This document shows, piece after piece, positions 1-13,094 of a stretch of DNA of 64,000 bases. The notes under the pieces are model-generated. The model did not search any database. It was not told the DNA's origin and saw nothing but the letters and a program-made list of their open reading frames with translations. Each line of letters begins with the position of its first letter. The stretch's first letter is position 1. Location: NCBI RefSeq assembly GCF_006345805.1, contig NC_043019.1, forward strand, positions 29,263,360-29,327,359, written 5' to 3'. Origin of the DNA: Octopus sinensis. Lineage: Eukaryota. The translations under genes were made by a program, and so were the position numbers.

Positions 1-360
1 GCCATTCTACCACCCAGCCTTGCCAGTCCAACACCCTAACTTTTAACTTAATAACAAGAAAGAAAGATTTTTACTTATTGAAATTTAATCTTATCTTTCA
101 TGTAATAATGAGATTTTAGTCCAAGATTTGAATTTAATTTAAATTTTAATTTGAACATTTTAATAGAGGCAGTTTTATGCAGGTTGATGTTGAAACTATT
201 AACTAAATCTTATATATCAGTGCTAGTAATATTAAATATCAGTTATATTAAAATATTACTGTTTCCATTCTGGAAAGCAACATGAAATACAATAGGAAAT
301 TTGAGAGAAAAGTCAGCTAATCATTTTGAAACAAACAGTCTTCTGAATATTCTATGGAAG

Positions 361-1190
361 AGATTTCAGGAAGAGATTTCAAGAAGATATTTCAATGCAA
401 AAAGCCAGAACTCTTCTACTGAAGTTGGTAGCACTTGCACCAGGACAATGCAGCAGTCCACAATTCCATCCTGGTAACCAACCACTTAACAGAGTTGGGC
501 ATCAAAACTGTTTATCACTCTCTCTACAGTCCAGACCTTGCTCCCTATGACCTTTGTTTCTTCCCAAAGCTGAAGGAAAATCTCATTGGCATTTATTTTT
601 AAGACTAACTTAAGGTGACCCACTCTATGCACGGGTGAAGGTGTGGTTGTTACTTTCTGTTGCTTCCTTGCTGTTTCTTATCACCACATTCTTCCTCTTT
701 GTTTCTCTCTCCTTTCTCTCTCACTTTCCCAATCTCTTACTCTGCCTTTCTCTCGGACTCTCCCTTGCTTTCTCTTACACGTGCACGTAAAATCACAAAA
801 ATAATTCAAAATTACTTAAAATTTTGTGACTTGCAACCCTCCTCACACCATTGCCCACCCCATTTTACCACCTCAGTGTAAATTTTGGTGCCAATCCGAC
901 CCCATCTACCACCCCTTCAACCATTCCCATCCCAAAATGAGACAAACAACCAAGAAATCAAACAACTTTTTCGCATTTCAGCTTTATAAATATTGAGGGA
1001 AGAGGCTGTGACAAGGGCCCTGAACACCCTCACCTTTGGAGGACTTTCACAGAATTTTCCCAAAGCGGCTGGAGGGCTACAACATGTACATTAAAGTCAG
1101 AGTATCCTACTTAGAAGGAAATTAATATTTTGTGCTTCTTTGAAATTAATGACTCTCCTGAGAAAGTCTCAAAACCTCTGGAATGCACAT
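361..1190 (+). mobile_element. Decayed DD34D mariner transposase 3' half (irritans-like), split by a ~385-bp insertion at ~603-988
   Basis: 432-590 translates HLHQDNAAVHNSILVTNHLTELGIKTVYHSLYSPDLAPYD (34 residues between the two Asp). The C-terminus resumes after ~990 (LNTLT, then after a frameshift EDFHRIFPKRLEGYNMYIKVRVSYLEGN). Confidence 0.85.
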
Positions 1191-1589
1191 TGCATGCGTA
1201 TATACATAGGTACAGATTCCCTCTTTAATCTCCTTTCTGAAGATGGAGGCTCGTATTATCTGATGATGGAATCAATTTGCAATCATTATTTTGGACCAGC
1301 AAGCCCCCAGAAACAGCTGTTGGACTCATAAAACTCTTATTCAACCCCTTTAATTCTTGATATCATCTCTATTCTATGTAGGTTGAGCCTTTTTTATATG
1401 TAAATGTATGTACATTTTTTTGTATTAAATGTATTTAATATCTTTTCTATATCAACTTGCCGAATCTGTTTGTCCTTACATTTAATCCTCTACCTGTTCA
1501 AGTTTAAATCTCTTGAGCACTACGAAGCGCATTCTATTCGGAGAATATGTCTCTCATCTATAAAACACTCACATATGTATATATATATA

Positions 1590-1639
<50 letters not shown>

Positions 1640-3396
1640 AAATAGCTTTGGACTTCCACCAGAGTTTCTTCAGGCTTATTTTCATTCAAAAATAGGCTGA
1701 AAATAACAACAACCATATGCTTGATAGACTAATAGACAAGCTGAGCAGCTAAATTCCCTAAAATAACTCTTATATAGACTTGGCGATAATTATACACATA
1801 ATGCAAATCTTTGACTTTGTTAAGGAATACCTATTACACAGAAAAATTAAGTGTGTGTGCATGTGTGTATAAAAATTTATATATATATATTACAAAATAT
1901 AGTTTTTGATTGCAATTGATAAATTGATTAAAATGTATATCAATGAATCCAGTGAACCAATAGAACAGTCTGAAATGTAATTTGTAAACACTTAAGCATT
2001 CCATTAGATCTAGGCAGCGATCTTATACATCACAGTGTAATTGGGAGGTTCTCAGTTTGAAAGCCAATATATAAAATGCATAAAACTGTAGATATAGATG
2101 TATCTAATCCATTAATGACTTGGATATATTTCTAAGTGTCTAATTTCATTGCACCAAAGATATATAAAATTTCAAAAAATAAAAAACAAAAAGAAAAAAA
2201 AAAAACTTATGAAACTGAAGAGAATTAAATTAGCTTTTGCATTATATTAAACTCCTATTGAGCAACAAATTGTCTCTTAATAGTTTTGCTTTAAAAGCTT
2301 ATGTTTCTTCCAACAATTTTGTCTTTCCTTATTTTCATCCTCTTTCAATATACAATCTAAGTGAATTTCATCTTCACCGCTCTCTAACTCTCATCACAGA
2401 TACATAACTGCTACAAGTCCAGCAACATCAGTCTTAATAGCAGGTTTTTACTGCTAAATCAAGCTATCCTACTATTCATAACATGCCAGCTGGAACCTGT
2501 TCAAAAGTTCATTTGCTAACTTTGTGCCAATTTCTCACTGCTAAACAGAGTTGCATGCTAGCTTTCCAAAATAAAACATTATGTAAATAAATAACATTAC
2601 AGGTTCATAACATGCAAGCACAAACTTAAAACTGAAACCAATTTTCTAACAGATGTCATCTCCAGTGTGCACCAGTTTACTCTTGATATAAACACAACGG
2701 ACCCAAATTGATAATAAATGAATTAAATAGGATTTAAAGCATGAAATAAACTAAGATATTTTGGATAACAAATTAGCTTTGTTCTCGCAAATAAATTTTC
2801 ATCACAAAAATATGTAGTTACTTCATGTTTCACAGGCCCCTTGTGAACATATTTCTAATAAAAATACACCATGTGTTTCAATAATGTTGAAATATTATCA
2901 AAATTTTCGAAGGGTTTATTAAAATAACGAACTTCCCAGTTATTAAGTTGATGCTTGGAACATAATTGAAAAGGTTGTTATATAAAATCATGATGGAAGA
3001 TATTAAATTTATATAGGAACGCTTTAAAATGAGAGGTGCGTGTGTGTGCCATAGATAGGTTATTATCAAAAAGGGTTTTAATAGCTTGAAATATTTTAGA
3101 AATAATGAAAGTTGGGATTTAGGCAAGAAGCACAAAAGGACATAGTAAAGTAAATAAAATTCATTCCCAAGACATAAAAAATAAACTGTAAAATCAAGAT
3201 TTTCAATGCAAATTAATATTAAGCATTAGAAGCACTAATTTCTAACAACAAAGAAACAAACTCACTAATGGAATTCAATCCACCACCATGCATGTATATA
3301 TACACACAAAGATATTTCTAAGCATACATATGCAAACATATATGCACACATAAATACACACATGCACATGTGTGTAAACTAATATATATGTGTATG

Positions 3397-3438
<42 letters not shown>

Positions 3439-3479
3439 AACACATACATACATAAATACATACATACACACATAAAGGT

Positions 3480-4180
3480 ACCCAGCCATAGAAGCCATAT
3501 CAAAATAGACGGTAGAGAAAGAAGCAGCCCTTGGACCTGTCAGATCCTGTGAAACCATCAAACCCATGTCAGAATGGAACTTGGATATTAAATGAGAATG
3601 AGGTGCCACTCCCAAACAGTTGAAGGAATCTGAAGTAGAGTTAGACCCAGGAAGACGTGAGATGAAGTGGTCAAGCATGACCTTCGAACGCTGGGCCTCA
3701 CAGAGGCAATGATGAAAGACCGAGACCTCTGGAGATATGCTGTGACTGCGAAGACCCGGCAAATAACACGAGTTCATGGCTTTATCCTACACCAGTTTCA
3801 CATGACCAGCCCCAGCCCATTCGAAAGTACCTTGGATCGTAGGGCAACCTGTTGTACTTGAGGAGACCTATTGAGTCAAGTACATCAACATCAAAACGAA
3901 AATCAAATGGAAATTGTAGTTGTGATACCTGTGCCAGTGGTACGTAAAAAGCACCAATCGATCATGGCCTCTGCCAGCCTCCTCTGGCCCCTGTACCAGT
4001 GGCACATAAAAAGTACCCACTACACTCACAGAGTGGTTGGCGTTAGGAATGGCATCCAGCTGTAGAAACACTGCCAGATCAGACTGGAGCCTGGTGCAGC
4101 CTCCTGGCTTCCCAGACCCTGGTTGAACCGTCCAACCCATGCTAGCATGGAAAACGGGCGTTAAACAATAATGATGATGA
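3480..4180 (+). mobile_element. 5'-truncated RTE-clade LINE 3' end
   Basis: ORF2 C-terminus-like VVKHDLRTLGLTEAMMKDRDLWRYAVTAKTRQ, followed by a 3' UTR ending ccgtccaacccatgctagcatggaaaacgggcgttaaac and a GAT-type tail. Confidence 0.85.
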
Positions 4181-4482
4181 AATATTACAAAAACACACAC
4201 ACATATATACACACTCTCACAGACAGATACACACTGCATATACACATATATGCCCACACAAAGACTACATACCCACATATATACACAAACACATATACAT
4301 AAACATTATAGATACACATATATGCCTACACATATCCATATATTGTTTGTTTTTATGCAATGTGATATATTAAATTTGAATATTAAATTGGAAGATCAAT
4401 TACTTTACAAGGGGAAGGCTGACAGAAACTTTGAAGCTTCAGCTTATTTGTCATCATCACTTTGATATAAAATAAATATATA

Positions 4483-4642
4483 CGCAAGAGTGGCTGTGTG
4501 GTAAGTAGCTTGTTTACCAACCACATGGTTCCAGGTTCAGTTCCACTGCGTGGCACCTTGGGCAAGTGTCTTCTACTATAGCCTCGGGCCGACCAAAGCC
4601 TTGTGAGTGGATTTGGTAGACGGAAACTGAAAGAAGCCCATC

Positions 4643-4705
<63 letters not shown>

Positions 4706-4909
4706 TGTGTGTGTGTCTGAGTTTGTCCCCCTAGCATTGCTTGACAACCGATGCTGGTGTGTTTATGTCCCCGTTACTTAGCAGTTCGGCAAAAGAGACC
4801 GATAGAATAAGTACTGGGCTTACAAAGAATAAGTCCCGGGGTCGAGTTGCTCGATTAAAGGTGGTGCTCCAGCATGGCCGCAGTCAAATGACTGAAACAA
4901 GTAAAAGAG
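4483..4909 (+). mobile_element. tRNA-derived SINE, family A, with internal (TA)n tract
   Basis: tRNA-like head gagtggctgtgtggtaag...ggttcagttcc, body ending gaaagaagcccatcg, long (TA)n, 3' half ending gaaacaagtaaaagag. Many similar copies in the window. Confidence 0.9.
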
Positions 4910-5239
4910 AGAGGAAAAGAGAGATACATAGGCACAGGAGTGGCTGTGCGGTCAGAAGCTTGCATCCCAACCACACAGGTCATTTCAGCTAGGTTCTACT
5001 ACCACTACCTTTACATTTTTATTTTCTATTCAGCTTCCTTTCCTCTTTTCCCACTCTTCTATATTCCAAAGAAAGACAATATCTGAAATGCCATTAACTT
5101 TTTCCACTTCTTTGTGCAGCAACCTAAAAATTTTGATTGGGAACCCATCCTATCTTTCCTTTTTTTCTTTTCATATGTGTATGTGCACATGTATGAGTGC
5201 ATGTGCACATGTGGGTGTGTGAACATTTGTTTGTGTGTA

Positions 5240-5422
5240 GCGACATTAAACATCATGCAAGTGGTGTCCATTTTCAAACTTCCTAGACACACCCGGTCAC
5301 AGGGAAATATTACCTTACATGGGAACAGGTGAGGGTTGGCGACATGAAGGGCAGCTGGTGGGAGAAAATCTGCCTCAACAAACCCATGTGAGCATGGAAA
5401 AGTGGATGATGATGATGATGAA
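5240..5422 (+). mobile_element. Short element carrying an RTE-like 3' tail
   Basis: Ends acccatgtgagcatggaaaagtggatgatgatgatg. Related copies near 23570-23750, 30240-30420 and 49080-49320. Confidence 0.6.
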
Positions 5423-5845
5423 TATGATGATTTTGACACGGAAAAGAGAAACAGAGTAACTACCAAATCATGAACCCCATGTCTATCATTTGCTATGTGA
5501 CTATGCTACCAATTACTTTACGCTGTAGTACCTTAAACATAAGTAATGTTTGTAACTGATACTGATACGATATAAGTTTACAGAAGCTACTGGCATTGGT
5601 ATGTAGTTAAGAAGTTTGATTATTAACCACACAGCTCTGGTTTCAACTCCACTGCATAGTAAAATGGACAAGTCGAACAATGTTGAAGAATGAAATTGAG
5701 TAGATGGAAACTGCATGTGCATTGCATACATACATCTCTCCAAGCTTGTATTTAAGCATCCCAACTTATATTCCAACAGTAGAGAAGTCCAAAGATATTT
5801 TTCATAAGCACTCTCAGATAGATATTATTTCTTAGTAATATTTAA

Positions 5846-6066
5846 CCCCTTTTAGCATTTAAACTCAAATATCAAACTCAAATATTCCACCTGCTTTATA
5901 TTTAAACTAACCAGATCCAGCCTCTTACGCCTACCCTACAATGTCATTCTAAAAGCAAACGATCACATCACCAGAATGTTAAAGCTATGAGATAATGCAT
6001 GATTAACTCCAAACAGGGTATAAAAATAAGCATTACATTTGACAGAGAAATCCGAACGCTAAAGAG
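5846..6066. mobile_element. TTAA-flanked MITE, family T1 (piggyBac-type termini)
   Basis: Left TTAA at 5842-5845 then cccctttagc...; ends gctaaagag followed by ttga. Reverse-complement copy at 6504-6715. Confidence 0.7.
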
Positions 6067-6503
6067 TTGACAGCACTGCTTCACTCATTTGTCCATTGCT
6101 GGTCAGTCTGTGTAGCAATATAAATATTGCTATACAGACTTGCAATATCAGCAACTTTAGAACACTGAATGGTTAAACGAATAACTGCTCTTTACTTCAA
6201 CAGTACTAACAAAGTGAATAGTCAGCAAAACATTTAAATGTCCCACGGGGTAACTTGTGATAAATATTCCATGTTTTCTTTGATGTTCATTCTTCTTTCT
6301 TTAGCTGATAAACATTTAACATCACAGCACCAACTACTCATGCACTTTCAAAGATTAAACAGCATGGCCTAGATAAACTAAAATTGTATTGCTTCGGTGC
6401 ACCTCAGCAATACAATTGTATATATATTTGGGTTTGATATGTTACACTCTGCAACTAATTTATTACGCTTGGAATTTCAGTCTATATAAACGGCTTCCTT
6501 TAA

Positions 6504-6715
6504 AACTTTAGCATTCAGATTCATGCAATGCTTATTTATTTGCATTTCTTTAAATTAATCATGCACTATAATCATAGCTTCAAGATTTTGATGATGTGAT
6601 AGTTTATTTTCAAAACGGTATTGTAGGGTATGTGTGAGAGGTCAGATCAAACCATTTTGAAGATAAAACAGGTAGAAAATTTTGGCTGAATATGGTTAGT
6701 TTAAACGCTAAAGAG
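6504..6715. mobile_element. TTAA-flanked MITE, family T1, opposite orientation to 5846-6066
   Basis: TTAA at 6500-6503 and 6716-6719. Its reverse complement matches the internal sequence of the 5846 copy (accctacaat, ctctcac motifs). Confidence 0.75.
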
Positions 6716-6847
6716 TTAAAGAAAATTGTCCACTTCTATACATTTTGATAGCCAGTATTTGCAGGAGTGCTGACGAAGGATCCAGCTTGGATTTATTAAT
6801 CCCCATGTGTGAGTGTGTGTGTGTGTGTATGTGTATATATATATATA

Positions 6848-6900
<53 letters not shown>

Positions 6901-7400
6901 AATGATAGTAAGGATTATTACAAAGCTGCATAGCATTACCATTAATTCTTTTAGTATATATACAGCTTTACCTAGAACTACATACACACACACATAACAT
7001 ATATAACCAAAGCCTTGTGAGTAGATTTGGTAGACAGAAACTAAAAGAAGCCTGTTGTATATACATATATGTTGACTGTGTGTGTGTGTGTGTTTTGTGT
7101 CTATGTTTGTCTCCCCCCCACTCACTGCTTGACCACCAGTGCTGGTGCGTTTACATCCCTGTAACTTAGCGATTCAACAAAAGAGACTGATGGAATAAGT
7201 ACTAAGCTTAATAAATAAGTCCTGGGGTCGATTTATTCAACTAAAACCTTTCAAGGCAGTGCTCCATCATGGCCACAGTCAGATGACTGAAACAAGTAAA
7301 ACAATATATATACAATATCATATATAATATTCTATAATATTACATTATATATATATTATATAATGTCATAAATTATATAATATAATATTATATTATATAC

Positions 7401-7637
7401 GGCGGCGAGCTGGTAGAATCATTAGCACGCCAAGCGAAATGCTTAGCAGTATTTCGCCTACCATTATGTTCTGAGTTCAAATTCCACCGAGGTCCAACTT
7501 TGCTTTTCATCTTTTTGGGGTCGATTAAATAAGTACCAGTTATGCACTAGGGTCGGTATAATCGACTTAATCCTTTTGTCTGACATTGTTCGTCCCTTCT
7601 ATGTTTAGCCCCCCCCCCTGTGGGCAATAAAGAAATA
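7401..7637 (+). mobile_element. tRNA-derived SINE, family B (Meta-domain-like core)
   Basis: ggcggcgagctggtagaatc head; core ctttgcttttcatctttttggggtcgattaaataagtacc; end aaagaaata. Similar copies at 22360 and 44016. Confidence 0.85.
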
Positions 7638-8598
7638 AATACTCTATTACATGTCATATTATATAATATACTATTATATCATACATACGCATCTATTATA
7701 TATCATATAAAATATCATATACGTATAAATATAGATAAATAAATAAAAGTAATTGTCAATGTGACACTGGAAATTATATACACACACTTTTACGATGTGG
7801 TTAATAGCATGGAAAATTACAGTCTAATCACAGTGTGTATTTAAAATAGAGATACAATAACTTCACAAAGCAACTTCTTTATCTTCCATCACAATTCCAT
7901 TGGTATCTAGTGTGCATTAGAGGAATATAAATTGACACCAGCATTTTGTTTTACTTTGATTTAATGACTCTGCAAGGATGAAAGACAAAGCTAACCTTGG
8001 TGGATTTGAACTGAGAATGTGAAGGGCTGTAACTAAAATACTATGTAATAAAATATGTATTTTTTTTTTTTTTTTAAATATTTAATCAAAAGAGGAGGAG
8101 CAACATCCTGACCCTTTAGAAGAGTCACTCCTACCTGCACTGGTGAAATTAATGAGCTTGACAGCATTCAGTTTAAATTTCTGTGGCTGGAAGCTTGCAG
8201 GAAACATGTGAACAATGTGGGGGGAGGAGGAGGGGGAAGAAGATTCAGATACTGCATTTAAGAGCTGATAGGGTGAAAGTTTCATCAGAATTTAATGAGG
8301 ATGAAACACACCAATTAAGATGAGAAAGTGAGCTTCGGCATTAGAGGATGTGCAGATTACCAATTCAGAAGAGCTAGACAAAATGAAAGGAAAATTTGTG
8401 TGTGTGTGTGTGTGTGTTGTGTGTGTGTGTGATAGAGGGAGAGAAAGAGAGAGTTGTTGGTAAACAAATACTTGCGCGTAATTTAGTGCAGGTTAACCCT
8501 GTTCGAGCAGTCTTATGGTAAGACATTTCAACCATGACCATCCTAGAAAATTACTATTTGTAAATCTCACAATGAGAGATATTCAGCTACAGTACTTT

Positions 8599-8833
8599 GG
8601 AGTAAAGATTATTTGCCAACATAACATGGCAGTCCTGGTTTAGGACGAATGTTACTGTAATTTAACCCCGGGAGACATCGTCTCCAGCTAGCTATACGAC
8701 ACGATCTGTGTCCTTATATTTTCGAAAAATATAAGGACACAGATAGTGTCATATAGCCAGCTGGAGCTAAATTACAGCAACATTCGTCCTAAACCAGAAC
8801 TGCCATGTTATGTTGGCAAATAATCTTAACTCC
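8599..8833. mobile_element. Fold-back (palindromic) element, probable MITE
   Basis: Long inverted arms meet at tatattttc|gaaaaatata (8723/8724), with a few mismatches and a ~16-nt bulge in the left arm. Confidence 0.8.
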
Positions 8834-10574
8834 TTGACCAGCCTATCACTTATCAGATATAATGTATATTGGATAAGATTATCCATTATGTCCTTTTTAA
8901 GGGGTAATTTGATGAACAACAACAAAAAAGCTCTCACACAGTCACATCTGAATGAAGTGTACGTTAGCAACGTTTATTGTCAATTTATACTGGGTAACAA
9001 GAATTAAAAATAATGATTTGCTACTTCTATTATTATTTAACCCAAGGTCACGCCTGATATATCACGCCTATATCCAAAGATATAACAGTCATGATCACCC
9101 TTTTTAGTCATAGCATACCCAAGACTACATTATCCGATGTATTCTTAGAGGTGCAGAAATGCACTTGCTGGCTTGCCTCTACAATACTTATAACATTTCA
9201 AGGATATAATTCCATTGGGTTATATATATATATATATATCATGTTATATATGTACATATATATATCATGTTATATATCATTCTACAAGGATAGGGTGGTT
9301 GGGTGTAACCCGAATCGAAGTTGGGATTTATTTGAATCAGGATTAGGCATTCATGTAGAGGCAACCTCGTTGATGTGTCTCTATAATGTTTAGAATGCTT
9401 CAAGGATTCCACTTGAATTATACATTCTGAGAGGATATTTTGATATATTTTAGTGGAAGAAATGGGAACAGTAATGAAGTACAACAGTAAACTGTCACAT
9501 TAAAAGGAAAATCGAAGTGAAACGAGAGACATTTATATCTATTACTTGTATTACATTTAAAGAATGAATTACTACCAAGAGGAACAGAGTGGATCACGGA
9601 GGGAGTATGAAAGGCTTAGGGGATTTTATAGTGTATGTATATATATATATATATATATACATATATACACACACAACATATATGCATTCACATATATTTA
9701 TGTATATATGTGAATGTGTGTGCGTATGTATATGTATGTATACACACACAACACACACACACATATATACATATATATACACACACATATAAATAAAAAG
9801 AAACAGTCACGACTGTGTGGTTAAGAAGTTCCCTTTGCAAACATACGGTTTCAGGTTCAGTCCCACAGTGTGCAACCTTTAGGATGTGTCATCTACTGTA
9901 GCCCAGGGTCATTCACAGTTGCATCAGTAGATTTTGTGGACAGAAACTGAAAGAAGCCTGTTGCGTATGCCTATACATATACACACAAACATATACATGC
10001 ATATGTTTCTCTGTGTGTGTGTGTGTGTGTGTGTATGTATGATAGTGTATCTTAATGTTTCCTTGTTGTCAAATGTACGTTCATGTGTCTTTGTCTTGAA
10101 ATCACAGCTTAATTATAAACAAACATCACCATCGAAGAAGCATTGTCATTCATTTGCTATCATTCAAGAAAAGATGTCCAACTACAGCCTGTTCATGTTC
10201 AAAGGACTTAAGGAAATAGCATCTTGCATGAAGACAACCATCTGTTGTTTACAGGAAGAGCATCTGGCTGCAGAAAATCTGCCTAAAAGAATTTGGTAAT
10301 GCAAGTCGGTCTGTTTTTCATGGCAAAAACTAAATACGTGACCATCAATGAAGATGAAAGCTAGTTATCAATAAGTTCTAACAACAGGAGTTCGCCCCAC
10401 CACCCCGCCACAAAAAAAAAAAAACCGACAGTCCTTAAACAAGAACGCCGCTTGATAATGTGATCCTTTGTCTACTGTGCATAAGAAAAAAGCTAGGATG
10501 CTCATGGATGGAGTGCCTTTGTAGGTCTGCTCAGTCAGTAGTGATTCGTGGACTGAAAACAATTTCATGCAAAA

Positions 10575-11510
10575 GATTACCTTGGGTTCTTTATAGCTGA
10601 CACAAAGAAGGACTTCCTAACATGCAAGGGACAAACCTAGAGCGCATGTAACAAGCTTTAGGACATTTGGCAATCAAGTATTTCCCAAGTCAATAAGGTT
10701 GGTTTTCTTCAAGGCACGAGTAGAGAGCAGTCTCTTCTATGGTGCCATTAGTCTTCTCATGAAGGCTCAAAATGTCTCATGGCACAAACACAAGACCAGA
10801 GAAATTCATGAACACATTCCGCTTACTTCTACTGTTGTTGCTCAATGCAGAATAGGATCTGCAAGCTACTGCTATTTATACTGAACAACAAGCCACATTA
10901 GATTTCATATTTTGAAAACTTCCACAGCTTTTAGGCGCAGGAGTGGCTGTGTGGTAAGTAGCCTGCTTACCAACCACATGGTTCTGGGTTCAGTCCCACT
11001 GCGTGACATCTTGGGCAAGTGTCTTCTACTATAGCCCCGGGCCGACCAAAGCCTTGTGAGTGGATTTGGTAGATGGAAACTGAAAGAAGCCCGTCGTATA
11101 TATGTATATATATATATGTGTGTGTGCATGTTTGTGTGTCTGTCTTTGTCCCCCTAGCATTGCTTGACAACCGATGCTGGTGTGTTTACGTCGCCGTCAC
11201 TTAGCGGTTCGGCAAAAGAGACCGACAGAATAAGTACTGGGCTTACAAAGAATAATAAGTCCCGGGGTCGATTTGCTCGACTAAAGGCAGTGCTCCAGCA
11301 TGGCCGCAGTCAAAGGACTGAAACAAGTAAAAGAGTAAAAAAACAAAAACAAAAAAGAAGAGCTTAATAAATGATGAAGACTACTCAGTTGCATTGATGT
11401 TATTGGCACAGATGCACGACATGTAAAGGAAGACCTAAAGAAGCTAATGGGGGAACAGATTCCTGGTGTGGCATAGTGAAATGCATCTTGTGAAATTGCA
11501 GCTGCTTGAA
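10575..11510 (+). mobile_element. Degenerate non-LTR retrotransposon RT C-terminal region, interrupted by a SINE
   Basis: DYLGFFIADTKKDFLTCKGQT*SACNKL*DIWQSS then FFKARVESSLFYGA...AQNVSW resembles the post-RT region of LINE ORF2. It appears to resume after the SINE (CIDVIGTDARHVKEDL). Confidence 0.7.
10933..11340 (+). mobile_element. SINE family A, young full-length copy nested in the LINE remnant
   Basis: Near-identical by eye to 11951-12355 and 4483-4909; retains many CpGs. Confidence 0.9.
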
Positions 11511-11950
11511 AAAGATGACACACTGAGCGAACTTTTTTCTTGTTAGCATTTATAAACATAATCATGTGTGGATGTGTGCATGCTTCTGCATATGTGTTTG
11601 AATAGCAGATACATATGTGCTTCACAGCAGACATTTTAGCTCCTCTAAAAATAGGGTATTTTTCACTGAAACTGCTTAATATATAATTCAAAATCAATTA
11701 GAGTTATGACAACAATGTCTACCTGGAGGAAACAAAATAGAAATGGATGAATCACAAATATATCATATAAAGCAGATATGTATATATTATTTTCAGTAAA
11801 CAAAAGCTTGTGTTTAGGGATACATCTCATTAGCTAGAAGAGTATAAGGCCATGTTTAAGATATACATTTCTATATACACTACACATCTGGGTCAATAGA
11901 GATCAATCTAAAGCAAATGAAAAGAAAGTGAGATGATAAATGCAAGATAT

Positions 11951-12355
11951 AGGCGCAGGAGTGGCTGTGTGGTAAGTAGCTTGCTTACCAGCCACATGAT
12001 TCCGAGTTCAGTCCCACTGCCTGGCATCTTGGGCAAGTGTCTTCTGCTATAGCCCCAGGCCGACCAATGCCTTGTGAGTGGATTTGGTAGACGGAAACTG
12101 AAAGAAGCCTGTCGTATATATGTATATATATATATATGTGTATGTGTATGTGTGTCTGTGTCTGTGTTTGTCCCCCTAGCATTGCTTGACAACGGATGCT
12201 GGTGTGTTTACGTCCCCGTCACTTAGCGGTTCGGCAAAAGAGACCGATAGAATAAGTACTGGGCTTACAAAGAATAAGTCCCGGGGTCGATTTGCTCGAC
12301 TAAAGGCGGTGCTCCAGCATGGCCGCAGTCAAATGACTGAAACAAGTAAAAGAGT
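11951..12355 (+). mobile_element. SINE family A, young full-length copy
   Basis: aggcgcaggagtggctgtgtggtaag...gaaacaagtaaaagag. Confidence 0.9.
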
Positions 12356-12769
12356 ATATATGTAAACCTAAATTCTGTTAATGAAGTAATTAAAAATCTC
12401 TAAGATGCTTGGCTTAATATAAATTTTAAAATTTCAAACAAATCTTAGACAACAGATACACATGTATTCCACCGTATGTTCTGCAACTCATTGAAGACAA
12501 TTTGTTTTCCATTCAATGTGCTCGATAAATTACTAAAAATTAATCATACTACACTCGTATCTCTCTCCCCTGACACCATAAAAGTGCATCATCATCATTT
12601 TAACATTCACTTGTACGTGCTCATGTGGGCCACAAAGAATTTATTAAGGCAGGTTTTCTACAACCGAATGCTCTCATCTGTTTCCAAGTGAGGTAATATT
12701 TTACCAATAACCAGACATTTTTTATACTGAGGATTGGAAATGAAGGACACCACTTCCATAATAATAATA

Positions 12770-12790
12770 ATAATAATAATGATAATAATA

Positions 12791-12826
<36 letters not shown>

Positions 12827-13017
12827 AATTATTGTATACAGTGCTCAGGTGCACCACAACTTGTCAAAAGTGCGTATAAAGCATATGCAGTAATGTACAA
12901 ATGTCTGGAAAGCGAACAGTGTATGAGTCAGATACATGCTTGTGTGTGTATGGAGGGGAGAAAATCAGGTGTAGTGTTGGTGAATCTCAGAAAGCATGGA
13001 AGTTTTGAAGGATGCTA
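12770..13017 (-). mobile_element. CR1-like LINE 3' end with (ATT)n tail
   Basis: Minus strand reads ASFKTSMLSEIHQHYT*, then a short 3' UTR and (ATT)n at ~12770-12825. It is inserted into an RTE-tail-like repeat. Confidence 0.6.
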
Positions 13018-13094
13018 ATACATATTCATAACTAGCATGTAATGTCAAGACAGGGAGACAAAACCGCATACACACAGATATATACAAAAGTGTA

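Noticed and set aside
4483-4560. tRNA-like heads with A/B boxes
   Set aside because: They are SINE 5' ends rather than tRNA genes; each continues into a SINE body.
8082-8375. Exon-like purine/pyrimidine-skewed segment with acceptor ttttgtctag
   Set aside because: The phase-compatible frame stops after ~27 codons and I recognise no homology.
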